DNA of 50,524 nt from Minisyncoccia bacterium (GTDB taxonomy: Bacteria > Patescibacteriota > Minisyncoccia > Moranbacterales > GCA-2747515). Shown piece by piece: positions 1 to 8,913 of the stretch; within the stretch, counting starts at the first letter, position 1; each line of letters starts with the position of its first letter. A program made the translations under genes and the position numbers. The stretch lies in contig JBGSQF010000018.1 in NCBI GenBank assembly GCA_041738235.1, positions 67,404-117,927 of the forward strand, given 5' to 3'. Below the pieces are notes generated by a model that was not told where the DNA came from, did no database searches, and was given only the letters and a program-made list of their open reading frames with translations.

Positions 1-1
1 T

Positions 2-250
2 CTTGGGAATATCTCATTTTCGATGTATTTGCTACACTTCATTATTCTTGGATCTTTTTCAAGTCTTATTTTCTTGCAATTACATTCCTTTCTATCCTAC
101 GGTACGGCATTTTTGATAACCTTTTTTCTTTCAGTCGGATTGATATTTCTTGTTTCGCATGTCGTGTATGTTTATGTCGATACGAGAGCCGTACAACTTT
201 CCAAGTTATTGTATGAACGTGTATTTAGAAGAACAGAAGGAGGATCTTGA
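2..250 (+). CDS. Acyltransferase family 3 (OafA-like) membrane protein, C-terminal fragment; 5' end outside window
   Basis: Frame is open from base 2 and reads LGNISFSMYLLH, the typical LGxISYSxYLxH motif of Acyl_transf_3, followed by hydrophobic helices. Confidence 0.7.
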   Translation, partial: LGNISFSMYLLHFIILGSFSSLIFLQLHSFLSYGTAFLITFFLSVGLIFLVSHVVYVYVDTRAVQLSKLLYERVFRRTEGGS

Positions 251-350
251 TTATAGGGATGAGCCTTTTATAGATCTTGAGTTTATCCACCAAGCAGTTC
301 TGTGTTCGGAGAACGGGAGGGATCATGTTTTGCAAAATTCTTTCTAAATA

Positions 351-389
351 AATAAGAAATAACCCTTGCTATAAGGGTTATTTCTTATT
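351..389. terminator. Bidirectional terminator-like hairpin
   Basis: Perfect 17-bp inverted repeat AATAAGAAATAACCCTT-gctat-AAGGGTTATTTCTTATT between convergent genes. Confidence 0.8.
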
Positions 390-399
390 GAACTTGGAT

Positions 400-819
400 C
401 TACTCAACAATGAGTTTTCCCCACTGACCCTTGGCTCGATGTCCGGGTTTTGAACAGTAGTAAACGAATTCGCCGGTCTTATCGGCAACAAATTCGATCG
501 TTACTTCTTCATTGAGGGGAAGTTCCTTTTTTACTCCGAACTCATCGATCGTAAGGTCATGCATTCCCTTGGTATTGGTCGATTTGATTCGGACAGTATC
601 GCCCTTTTTTACACGGATCTCTTTGAGAGAATACCAAACGCCAGTCTCGTCGTAATAGGCGGTGGTTGAAAATTCCTTTATTGGTCCGACTGTCGAGGGG
701 ACTTCACTTTTTGCAGTCATTTTTTCTGCGTTTTTGTCTGCTACGTTGGTACTTTGCCAAAGAAGATATCCAGCAAAAGCGATAACAACCACCGTAAGTA
801 CTCCAATTATCTTGTTCAT
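400..819 (-). CDS. Membrane-anchored cupredoxin-domain protein
   Basis: N-terminal TM helix; IRVKKGDTV, HDLTI and GEFVYYCSKPGH cupredoxin motifs. Confidence 0.85.
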   Translation of the reverse strand: MNKIIGVLTVVVIAFAGYLLWQSTNVADKNAEKMTAKSEVPSTVGPIKEFSTTAYYDETGVWYSLKEIRVKKGDTVRIKSTNTKGMHDLTIDEFGVKKELPLNEEVTIEFVADKTGEFVYYCSKPGHRAKGQWGKLIVE

Positions 820-1065
820 AACTTTATTTTATATGTTTATTATACATGGCATATGAGTAGATGATGACATGTAAGTTATGATACAATCCCATATGATCCA
901 TATTTCGAAAAACTGAATTATCAAAATTTTTTCTTTAATTTATGCGGTTTAGTTTCTCGTTAGGGGGGGGGTCGTGGATGAGCACCAAAGCCGAGAATGC
1001 AAAATGAGATCTCTGAGGATTCTTCAGATCAATTTGTTGTTTAGGGGTGAATCCTAGATTGGATA

Positions 1066-1094
1066 TTGACATCTGTATCTGAAGGTGTTACTCT
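1066..1094 (+). promoter_or_regulatory. Sigma70-type promoter
   Basis: TTGACA-N17-TACTCT with extended TG; AGGAGG SD at 1134-1139 before the GTG at 1145. Confidence 0.65.
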
Positions 1095-1144
1095 TTTTCA
1101 TCCCATCCCGTGCAGTAGCACAATGTATTTTTTAGGAGGTTCGC

Positions 1145-1462
1145 GTGGCAAGAAGGTATCGACAGTGGCGTCATCGGAGTTATGGTTCTTACCAGGGGGA
1201 TGGTTTCCATCCTATCTGGCTTGTCCTGATTGTGTTGGTGTTCTTGATGGTGTGGCTCCTCTCTGATTCTCCACCACAGGGGGTGAATCCGCCCTCACCA
1301 TTGTCACTCGAGATACCCTCGGGAGGATTCGGAATGAGTCACGAATTTTCCCGCTTTCGGGATCCAAAGACAGGGAAATGTTTCGAAGTACCTACCACGG
1401 ATATCCCCAGGGCATTTATGGAAGAGTACCGGGGAAGGAAGTATATCCCCTGTGACTGGTAA
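1145..1462 (+). CDS. Hypothetical single-TM protein
   Basis: Strong SD, own promoter, one hydrophobic helix, Pro-rich linker, downstream hairpin plus T tract. Confidence 0.65.
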   Translation: MARRYRQWRHRSYGSYQGDGFHPIWLVLIVLVFLMVWLLSDSPPQGVNPPSPLSLEIPSGGFGMSHEFSRFRDPKTGKCFEVPTTDIPRAFMEEYRGRKYIPCDW

Positions 1463-1625
1463 GGGGGGTCAGCCCATCGATTGACAGAGAGCTCATCTGC
1501 ATCATCGGTGGGTTTTCTGTTTTTTGGGAGATTTATTGGTATTGTACGAAACGTGAGAGTGCGATGTGGGCATGGAGAGGGTTATTTGGAGCGCCATATA
1601 GGAAAAAATAGAGGAACCAAACTAA

Positions 1626-1653
1626 AAAAAGAGGCCCTTAAGGGCCTCTTTTT
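1626..1653. repeat. Perfect palindrome, copy 1 (terminator-like)
   Basis: AAAAAGAGGCCCTTAAGGGCCTCTTTTT; the central 24 bp are identical to 3326-3349. Confidence 0.85.
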
Positions 1654-1710
1654 AATATATTTTCTAACTTATAGAGTGTTTTTTATCTTGGCCTTGGGAA
1701 GCTCTAGTAC

Positions 1711-1739
1711 TTGACTTAATTGATAGAAAATGTTAGAAT
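1711..1739 (+). promoter_or_regulatory. Sigma70-type promoter of the GT2 cassette
   Basis: TTGACT-N17-TAGAAT with extended TG. Confidence 0.6.
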
Positions 1740-1766
1740 ATCAGGTCATTTTATAAATCATCGCAT

Positions 1767-1949
1767 ATGCTTTCAATAATGGAAATTTTTGGATCATCTT
1801 TCTTGTATGGGGTAGTCTCGGAGCACGTTCTGACTCATGGAAGTTTTATGATGAAATTTCTTCTTTCAACCGTAACTCTTTTCTTGGCAGGTATTGTAGT
1901 AACAAGTTTCATCGTGAGTAGAATTATCAATTGGATACTCTGGCGATAA
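1767..1949 (+). CDS. Small membrane protein upstream of GT2
   Basis: 60 aa, hydrophobic C-terminal helix, lies between the promoter and GT2 (15-bp gap). Confidence 0.5.
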   Translation: MLSIMEIFGSSFLYGVVSEHVLTHGSFMMKFLLSTVTLFLAGIVVTSFIVSRIINWILWR

Positions 1950-1964
1950 AAACAATTTGCCCTT

Positions 1965-3230
1965 ATGTCTGAATACGGACAAACAATCACCTTTCTTATC
2001 TTGATATTAGGATTGCTCAATGTCTTTCGTATGACCTTCTTTATGATTGGATCGGATATTTATAAGATAAAACAAACAATTCATATTCGTTGGAAAAACA
2101 GGAAAACAAGATCGCTCCCAACCTTTTCTGTCATTATTCCCGCACATAATGAGGCAACTACTATACTAAAAACCATACAATCCCTTGAGCAAGCTATCTA
2201 TCCAGAGGATAAGTTGGAGATCATTATAGTGGATGACGGGTCAACAGATCATACGTATTCAATTGTTCGGCGCTATCAACTTCTTCATGATGCAAATTTT
2301 AGACTTATTCACCAAGAAAACGCGGGAAAAGCACATGCTCTTAATACAGCTCTTCGATGTTATGCTTCTGGGGAGCTTGTAATGTGTCTTGATGCAGATT
2401 CTAGTGTTGCCCCGGACGCTCTTATAAATGCTGCGAGTTATTTTAATGACCCTCAAGTTGTGGCCCTTTCAGCCAATGTAAAAATACGACCAACTGGAAC
2501 ATTTCTTAACCTTCTTCAGATATTTGAGTATATCATCTGTTATCAAATGAAGCGGGCGCAAACAGTTTTCAACATAGAGTATATTATTGGCGGGATTGGG
2601 TCTACCTTTCGTAGAGCAGCACTTGATAGGGTTGGGCTTTATGATACGGATACTATTACAGAGGATATTGATCTAACAATGAAACTTCTTCATTTAGGTA
2701 ACAAAAAGAACCGGGTTATTTATGGATCAAATGTTATTACATATACTGAGAGTGTTCTTGACATAGCGGGACTTATTCGTCAACGATTTCGTTGGAAGTA
2801 TGGGCGCGCACAAACATTTTTTAAAAATTACTCACTTTTCTTTTCTCTAGATAAAAAAAATTCCCGATGGCTTACATGGTTATATCTTCCCTATGCTATA
2901 TTTTCGGACATTGCCTTTTTTCTTGAGCCTTTTTTGGTTTCATACATGGCATACATCATTATTCTATATAGTGATTGGTCAACATTCGCAGGCATTCTCA
3001 TGCTTATTGGAGGATTTATTTCTCTTAATGTGCTCGCAGAAGACACTATCCCCCTTAGGCGTAAGTTTTTTCTAGCTATTGTTGCCCCCACAATGTATTT
3101 CTTTTTCTATATATTGAGTTACGTGGAATATCTTGCGCTAATAAAAACTTATTATAAATTTTGGGAAGTTCCAAAAAGCATCCAATCTGGTCGTTGTGGA
3201 TGGACACATGTTGCGCGAGTCAAGAGCTAG
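1965..3230 (+). CDS. Processive GT2 polysaccharide synthase (PgaC/IcaA/cellulose synthase-like)
   Basis: DDGS, DAD, TED and RQRFRW (QxxRW) motifs, with N- and C-terminal TM helices. Confidence 0.9.
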   Translation: MSEYGQTITFLILILGLLNVFRMTFFMIGSDIYKIKQTIHIRWKNRKTRSLPTFSVIIPAHNEATTILKTIQSLEQAIYPEDKLEIIIVDDGSTDHTYSIVRRYQLLHDANFRLIHQENAGKAHALNTALRCYASGELVMCLDADSSVAPDALINAASYFNDPQVVALSANVKIRPTGTFLNLLQIFEYIICYQMKRAQTVFNIEYIIGGIGSTFRRAALDRVGLYDTDTITEDIDLTMKLLHLGNKKNRVIYGSNVITYTESVLDIAGLIRQRFRWKYGRAQTFFKNYSLFFSLDKKNSRWLTWLYLPYAIFSDIAFFLEPFLVSYMAYIIILYSDWSTFAGILMLIGGFISLNVLAEDTIPLRRKFFLAIVAPTMYFFFYILSYVEYLALIKTYYKFWEVPKSIQSGRCGWTHVARVKS

Positions 3231-3325
3231 AGATTTTTGCTTGTCTCTACAGTTGAGGGATCAAGATTGCCTACACCTCTATTTTTTAGAGATGAATTCT
3301 GGAAAATAATCCAAATAAATTGAAT

Positions 3326-3349
3326 AAAGAGGCCCTTAAGGGCCTCTTT
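3326..3349. repeat. Perfect palindrome, copy 2 (bidirectional terminator-like)
   Basis: AAAGAGGCCCTTAAGGGCCTCTTT between convergent genes; identical to the core of 1626-1653. Confidence 0.85.
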
Positions 3350-3363
3350 TGATCCTGGGTGTT

Positions 3364-4035
3364 TTATGCACCCCATTGGAACATCCAACCAAAGAGACTG
3401 AATCCTTCCGCGTCATCCTGTAACTGGTTTTCGAGACGGGTCTGTTCTTGTTCCATTATGCGAATCTGTTCTTGGAGTTGGTTCTTATCCGCGTCATTTC
3501 TGAGTTGGTTCTTGATCTGGGTAAGCTCTTGAATGCGTACCCTGTTTTGTTCAAGAAGCTGCTCGGATTCTTTGATCAATCCGTAGTCAGGTCCGACAAA
3601 GAATCGTGTGAACTTATTGCGCTCTTGCAATTGAGCGATATTACCTTCAACTGCCTGGTGAGTTTCTAGTTGAGCTTGAACACGGTTACGTATTTGATCT
3701 CCTTCGCCTTGGTTTCGTTCCGCGATCATCATCATCGTTTGCGTAGCATCCTCCATATTATTACCGCTTTGCATTGATCCCTGACTCGTGGGAGATCCGT
3801 TTCTCATCTCTTGCACAACATTCTGTTCCGTTGTCCGAACTTGAGTCGCTTCCCCCTGATTATTTACTGAATTTTGCTCCGTTGTTTGAACTCCCATTGA
3901 GGATTGTCCAGTGCCTGCTTGACCGTTCCCCGAATCACTACCACCTTGGGCATTTCCGCCTTTAGCCGATGCGAGCGAGGCTCCCAACACCAAAAGAGGA
4001 ACCATTAGCAGGCTGGCGAGATATACCTTCTTCAT
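3364..4035 (-). CDS. Secreted Gln/Gly-rich coiled-coil hypothetical protein
   Basis: Signal peptide (…LASA), low-complexity G/Q/N linker, helical C-terminus with RNKFTRFFVGPDY and GFSLFGW segments. Confidence 0.8.
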   Translation of the reverse strand: MKKVYLASLLMVPLLVLGASLASAKGGNAQGGSDSGNGQAGTGQSSMGVQTTEQNSVNNQGEATQVRTTEQNVVQEMRNGSPTSQGSMQSGNNMEDATQTMMMIAERNQGEGDQIRNRVQAQLETHQAVEGNIAQLQERNKFTRFFVGPDYGLIKESEQLLEQNRVRIQELTQIKNQLRNDADKNQLQEQIRIMEQEQTRLENQLQDDAEGFSLFGWMFQWGA

Positions 4036-4213
4036 ACACTTGTTATTAATAATTATCCTGAACCTAAAACTATAATATGGCTTGAGTACCCTTTACTTTA
4101 TAATACGCATTTTTTAACATTTTCTTTCGTTATAGCCATTTGCCAAAGTTTGTTTGGGATGACATACTGTGCGATATAGAAAGGCGCTGATCAAAAATTT
4201 TAGAGTTTCAAAT

Positions 4214-6067
4214 ATGCCCAAAGAGTACCCATATAAATTACTTGACACCATACAAAGATCGAAAGATGTCCGTAAGCTACCAAAACAGAGATTAAAAACA
4301 CTCAGCGATGAATTGCGGTGTTTTTTGATTGATACGGTATCTCAGGTTGGGGGGCACTTCGGAGCCAATCTTGGTGTTGTAGAATTGACCGTCGCTCTTC
4401 ACTATACGTATGATCCTGAGAAAGATAGGATTGTGTGGGATGTAGGACACCAGGCATACGCGCACAAAGTGCTTACAGGAAGAAAAGACCGTTTGCATAC
4501 GATAAGGAAAAAGGGGGGACTGGCACCATTTCCGAAAAGGGGAGAGAGTAGAGCGGATGCTTTTGGTGTGGGGCACGCATCAACTTCGATCAGTGCGGCT
4601 GTAGGCATGGCACTTGCTCATACTGGAGAAAAAAAACAACCTTCTGTAGTGGCAGTCATTGGAGATGGGGCTCTTACGGGTGGTATGGCTTTTGAGGCTT
4701 TGAATCACGCGGGAGATGTGGGGGCGAATGTATTAGTGGTTCTCAATGATAACAAAATGTCCATATCGCCAAACGTTGGCGCTATGACACATTATCTTAC
4801 GCGTCTCATATCTTCTTCGGAATATACAAAGATTCGGGAAAAGGGTAAGCGATTTTTGGATAAACTACCTACATTTCAGGAAATGGCGAGGCGTATGGAG
4901 AGACACGCAAAGGGAATGGTCACACCAGGAACGATATTTGAAGAGATGGGCTTTGCCTATTTTGGTCCAGTGGATGGTAATGATGTGGACGCGCTTGTAG
5001 AGATTTTGGAGAATCTAAAGAAAATGAAGGGGCCCCGACTACTTCACGTTGTAACGAAAAAGGGTAAGGGATGCGTACATGCGGAAAAGGATGCACTTGC
5101 CCTTCATGCGGTGTCATCTTTTGATCCATTGACAGGAAAGAAGAATGGAAATAGTGATCCTGGAGTGACGTATACTCATGTTTTCTCTGATTGGGTGGTT
5201 GGGAAGGCCAAGCAGGATGAAAGACTTCATGCGATTACTCCAGCGATGCGTGAGGGTTCGGGTTTGGTGGAGTTTGATAGGCAATATCTCAAGAGATTTC
5301 ATGATGTAGGTATTGCAGAGCAACATGCGGTAACGCTTGCGGCGGGATTGGCATGTGAGGGGAAGAAGCCAGTCGTTGCTATCTACTCCACATTTCTACA
5401 ACGTGCTTATGATCAGGTTATTCATGATGTAGCGATACAAGATCTTGATATTTTGTTCGCGATCGATCGTGCCGGCATTGTGGGCCCCGATGGAGAAACA
5501 CACGCGGGAAGTTTTGATCTCTCGTTTCTTCGATGTGTTCCCAATATGGTGGTGATGGCACCCGCCAATGATGATGAATGTAAAAATATGTTAGACTTTG
5601 GATTCGAATACAAGGGGCCGGCCGCCGTTCGGTATCCGAGAGCCAAGGTGAGCGACGCGTCTTTTGATCTCAAAAAGGAAATACAAATGGGGAAAGCGAT
5701 TTTGGTAAGAAAGGGGAAGAAAATTGCCATTCTGTCTTTTGGGGCTCTTCTGGATCGATGTTGGGAGGTTGCAGAAGCGCTGGATGCAACATTGGTCAAT
5801 ATGCGTTTTGTAAAACCGATCGATGAAACCATGCTGAAGAAACTTGCAAAAACACATTCGTATTTTATGACGGTCGAAGACAATGTTGTTATGGGCGGTG
5901 CTGGGAGTGCGGTTGATGAGTTTGTTCTTCACAATGATCTTTCCGTACGAGTGAAAAATTTTGGTCTTCCGGACAGGTTTCTTCCTCACGGTACGCGTGA
6001 TGAGATCCTCGCTGAAGCAGGTCTTTCTGTTGAGGGAATGATAACAAAAATTTCGAAATTTATTTGA
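4214..6067 (+). CDS. dxs: 1-deoxy-D-xylulose-5-phosphate synthase
   Basis: GGHFGANLG, WDVGHQAY, GHASTSIS, GDGALTGG..LNDN (TPP binding), IAEQHA, YSTFLQRAYDQ, DRAG..GPDGETH, AVRYPR. ATG at 4214 preferred over GTG at 4169. Confidence 0.97.
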   Translation: MPKEYPYKLLDTIQRSKDVRKLPKQRLKTLSDELRCFLIDTVSQVGGHFGANLGVVELTVALHYTYDPEKDRIVWDVGHQAYAHKVLTGRKDRLHTIRKKGGLAPFPKRGESRADAFGVGHASTSISAAVGMALAHTGEKKQPSVVAVIGDGALTGGMAFEALNHAGDVGANVLVVLNDNKMSISPNVGAMTHYLTRLISSSEYTKIREKGKRFLDKLPTFQEMARRMERHAKGMVTPGTIFEEMGFAYFGPVDGNDVDALVEILENLKKMKGPRLLHVVTKKGKGCVHAEKDALALHAVSSFDPLTGKKNGNSDPGVTYTHVFSDWVVGKAKQDERLHAITPAMREGSGLVEFDRQYLKRFHDVGIAEQHAVTLAAGLACEGKKPVVAIYSTFLQRAYDQVIHDVAIQDLDILFAIDRAGIVGPDGETHAGSFDLSFLRCVPNMVVMAPANDDECKNMLDFGFEYKGPAAVRYPRAKVSDASFDLKKEIQMGKAILVRKGKKIAILSFGALLDRCWEVAEALDATLVNMRFVKPIDETMLKKLAKTHSYFMTVEDNVVMGGAGSAVDEFVLHNDLSVRVKNFGLPDRFLPHGTRDEILAEAGLSVEGMITKISKFI

Positions 6068-6234
6068 AAGGTATGTGTCGGAATGGGGGAGTGAGAGGTA
6101 AGATGAGTTATTAATGTTGTAATATTTTCCCCCGGGTGTCGTACAGCCGGGGGTGATTATTATGGGTAATAAAATGGGGGAAGAAAATATATATTGTTTT
6201 ATGGTATATCTCATGGGGGATTAGTATTTTTAAG

Positions 6235-6876
6235 TTAGGATTTGGTAGCAGCAAGGTTCCAATCTTGAGCAAATATTTTTTTGGCGAGTGTAAAGATGCT
6301 GTAAGTGATGAAGAAGGCGGCAAAGACATCGATCGAATAATGGAGGTGCCCAAGCAGCATGCTTGTTCCGAGGATAATAGACGCCAGAAGCGAAGTGATC
6401 CTCGCCGGGACTCTGTCCCAAAAGACTAGGGCGAGAAGAAATGGCAAGCCAGTGTGTCCAGAGAAGAACATATCATTACCAGAAGCTATGGATGTAAGCC
6501 AATCCTGAGGATCAAGAAAGGAGTGTATGGGTGCTGGTCCGAGATGGGTGAGGGACACAAAGAGGCTTCTGATAAATATAAATAGAGCGATACTCTTGAG
6601 TCCAAAAGGGATCTTTTCCGGGTTTTTGAAGGCAAAGAAAAGTATAAGGAAGGTAAAGGTCCACACACCTTCATTAACAATGAAGTTTACGTTGACAACG
6701 GGGATATTATCTAGAATGATGTCGTTTACATAAGTAACGTTGCTTGTGCTGGTATAGATATAGGAAAAGTGATAAATAGCCAAGCTAAGCGCGACAAGTA
6801 GAATGCCGAAAAGGACGGAAAAAACAAAGTCATTTTGTTTCCAAAGTGGAGACATTTTAAAGAAAGCATCCTTCAT
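6235..6876 (-). CDS. PAP2-superfamily (sphingomyelin synthase-like) membrane phosphatase/phosphotransferase
   Basis: About six TM helices; DMFFSGHT and HYSIDV motifs resembling the D3/D4 motifs of SMS-type enzymes. Confidence 0.8.
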   Translation of the reverse strand: MKDAFFKMSPLWKQNDFVFSVLFGILLVALSLAIYHFSYIYTSTSNVTYVNDIILDNIPVVNVNFIVNEGVWTFTFLILFFAFKNPEKIPFGLKSIALFIFIRSLFVSLTHLGPAPIHSFLDPQDWLTSIASGNDMFFSGHTGLPFLLALVFWDRVPARITSLLASIILGTSMLLGHLHYSIDVFAAFFITYSIFTLAKKIFAQDWNLAATKS

Positions 6877-6973
6877 TATTTTTTTTGATATTCATTAAGA
6901 GAAGGTTTTGTTGATTTGTTTCCTTGTGATTGCTATGCTATACGAATAGCAAAAATAGTCAATAAAAAATAGT

Positions 6974-7579
6974 ATGTTTTTCTCTTCGTCAGGGATCATT
7001 CAACTGCTTCTCGATTATCACTATCTTCTCTTATTTCCATTGGTAGTGATCGAGGGACCATTCGTAACGATCTTGGCAGGTTTTTTGGTGTCTATTCAAG
7101 AACTTAATTTGTTCTATGCTTATATAGTGATCGTTTTAGCTGATCTCTTGGGAGATGGTTTATATTATTCGTTCGGCCGTTTTGGAAGAGGTTTTTTTCA
7201 AAAATATTTTGGAACTCTTTGGGGTCTTACCGACGAGAGGATCACCACTATCGAGGACCAGTTTCATAGAAGAGGTATTAAGGTCCTGATCATTGGAAAG
7301 GTAACGCATGTTTTTGGGGGTGTTGTGCTTTTTGTTGCTGGTGTGGTGAGGTATCCATTTAGTAAATTTTTGTGGTACAACTTTATTTCCACGTTACCAA
7401 AATCGCTTGTGCTTTTGTTGCTAGGTTTCTATTTTGGCGCGGCTTACGGTGCTGTAAAAGTGTATCTTAATGATATTTTTGCGGTTGTACTAGTGGGGAG
7501 TCTGTCACTTTTTGTAGTTCTAGGTGTCACGAGAATATTAAAGACCTTTTTGGATAAAAAATATGGAGAGTTGGAATGA
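6974..7579 (+). CDS. DedA/VTT family membrane protein
   Basis: IEGP..TILAGFL, LGDGLYYSFGRFG, IIGK..AG..RYPF.KF..YN pattern. Confidence 0.88.
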   Translation: MFFSSSGIIQLLLDYHYLLLFPLVVIEGPFVTILAGFLVSIQELNLFYAYIVIVLADLLGDGLYYSFGRFGRGFFQKYFGTLWGLTDERITTIEDQFHRRGIKVLIIGKVTHVFGGVVLFVAGVVRYPFSKFLWYNFISTLPKSLVLLLLGFYFGAAYGAVKVYLNDIFAVVLVGSLSLFVVLGVTRILKTFLDKKYGELE

Positions 7580-7594
7580 TTTTCTATACCATCT

Positions 7595-8776
7595 CTATGT
7601 GGCAGAGGACCCTTTTTTTTGGATGGCACCCTGATAGAAAAGTTCAAATTGGTGAATGGTTTTTTGTATGTCGTGTTTCTCGATTATGTTGAGGCTTTCT
7701 TGTGACATATTTTTTCGGAGATTTGGATCGGTGAGGAGGGTATACATGTTCTCTGCAACTTCTTTTATATTCCCCGGCTTAAAAAGAAAACCATTCTTTT
7801 TGTCGTGGACCAGTTCTGGAAGGGCAACGGCGTTGGCAGCAATGATCGGAAGTCCAGAGGCCATGGCTTCCATAGTTACAATACTTTGTAACTCTGCTGT
7901 TCCCGCAACGATGAAGACGTCCGCTACGCAGTACAGATGAGGAAGATCCTCGTCTGCGATAAATCCGGTAAAGGTGATCTTTTCTTGTATCCCTCTTTCA
8001 TTTGAGAGTATTTTGAGTGCGCCAAGAAGGGTGCCACTGCCAGCAATAATAAGATGTGCGTCAACTTTCTGAGAAGCTAAGGAAAAGGCATTGATAATAA
8101 GGTCAATGTTTTTTTCTTTGTCTAGCCTTCCTACGTAGAGCAGTGTTGGTTTTTCGGGGATGTTGTATCTTTTTCTGAGGTATTGTCCGTTAAGATCCGG
8201 ACGGAATCTTTTTCGATCGACCCCGTTGGATATGGGGGTGACACTCTGAGGGAAGTGAAACCTTTCTAGAAGTGAGGCGGCTGTTTGTGTGGGTGTACTC
8301 ACTGCATCAAGCTGTCCAAAGACCTTTTGTATTTCTTTCCAGGCCCTTCCTTGGAGTCTGGTTTCTAGCGTGTCTGGAAGATATGAAAAATAGAGAAGGT
8401 TTTCCGGCATGAAGTGATTGGTGCCCACAATAGGGATACAATTCCTTTTGGCGATCTTAAGAATAGTCTTGCTGATGGTGAAGTGTCCTTGTATATGGAT
8501 GATATCGGGCTTAAAATCAAGCACGGATTTTTCGATCGTTTGTTCAATAAGCATTGGGAGGCAAATGGAGAAATTGTTGTAGTAGAGGGGGATGGAACGA
8601 AGTGCGAAGATATGTACGCCATCTTTTATATAAAGACTTTCTTGAGTGTTTTTGGATGGGGCGATAACAAGGATGGAATGTCCTTTTTTTTCGAGGTTGT
8701 GGGCAAGCCGTTGGGTAAAATAAGAACATCCGTTCACGTGAGGATAGTAGGTGTCGGTTGCAATAAGTATGTTCAT
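7595..8776 (-). CDS. GT4 glycosyltransferase (diacylglycerol glycosyltransferase-like)
   Basis: MNILIATDTYYPHVNG start, NGVD, YVGRLDKEKN, ELQSIVTMEAMASGLP (EX7E). Confidence 0.9.
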   Translation of the reverse strand: MNILIATDTYYPHVNGCSYFTQRLAHNLEKKGHSILVIAPSKNTQESLYIKDGVHIFALRSIPLYYNNFSICLPMLIEQTIEKSVLDFKPDIIHIQGHFTISKTILKIAKRNCIPIVGTNHFMPENLLYFSYLPDTLETRLQGRAWKEIQKVFGQLDAVSTPTQTAASLLERFHFPQSVTPISNGVDRKRFRPDLNGQYLRKRYNIPEKPTLLYVGRLDKEKNIDLIINAFSLASQKVDAHLIIAGSGTLLGALKILSNERGIQEKITFTGFIADEDLPHLYCVADVFIVAGTAELQSIVTMEAMASGLPIIAANAVALPELVHDKKNGFLFKPGNIKEVAENMYTLLTDPNLRKNMSQESLNIIEKHDIQKTIHQFELFYQGAIQKKGSSAT

Positions 8777-8913
8777 AGTGAAGAAAGGATATGAGGATAG
8801 TATAGAACATCGCATGAATATTTCCAGTGACAAGCAGATCAGTGGCGAGGTTGAGTGAGGACGGACTCTATGGTAGTATGGACTATGCTATTTAATCTTT
8901 TCAAGTCGTTATT

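Noticed and set aside
963-971. G9 homopolymer as a phase-variation tract
   Set aside because: Intergenic and outside the identified promoter elements; no evidence without read-level length variation.
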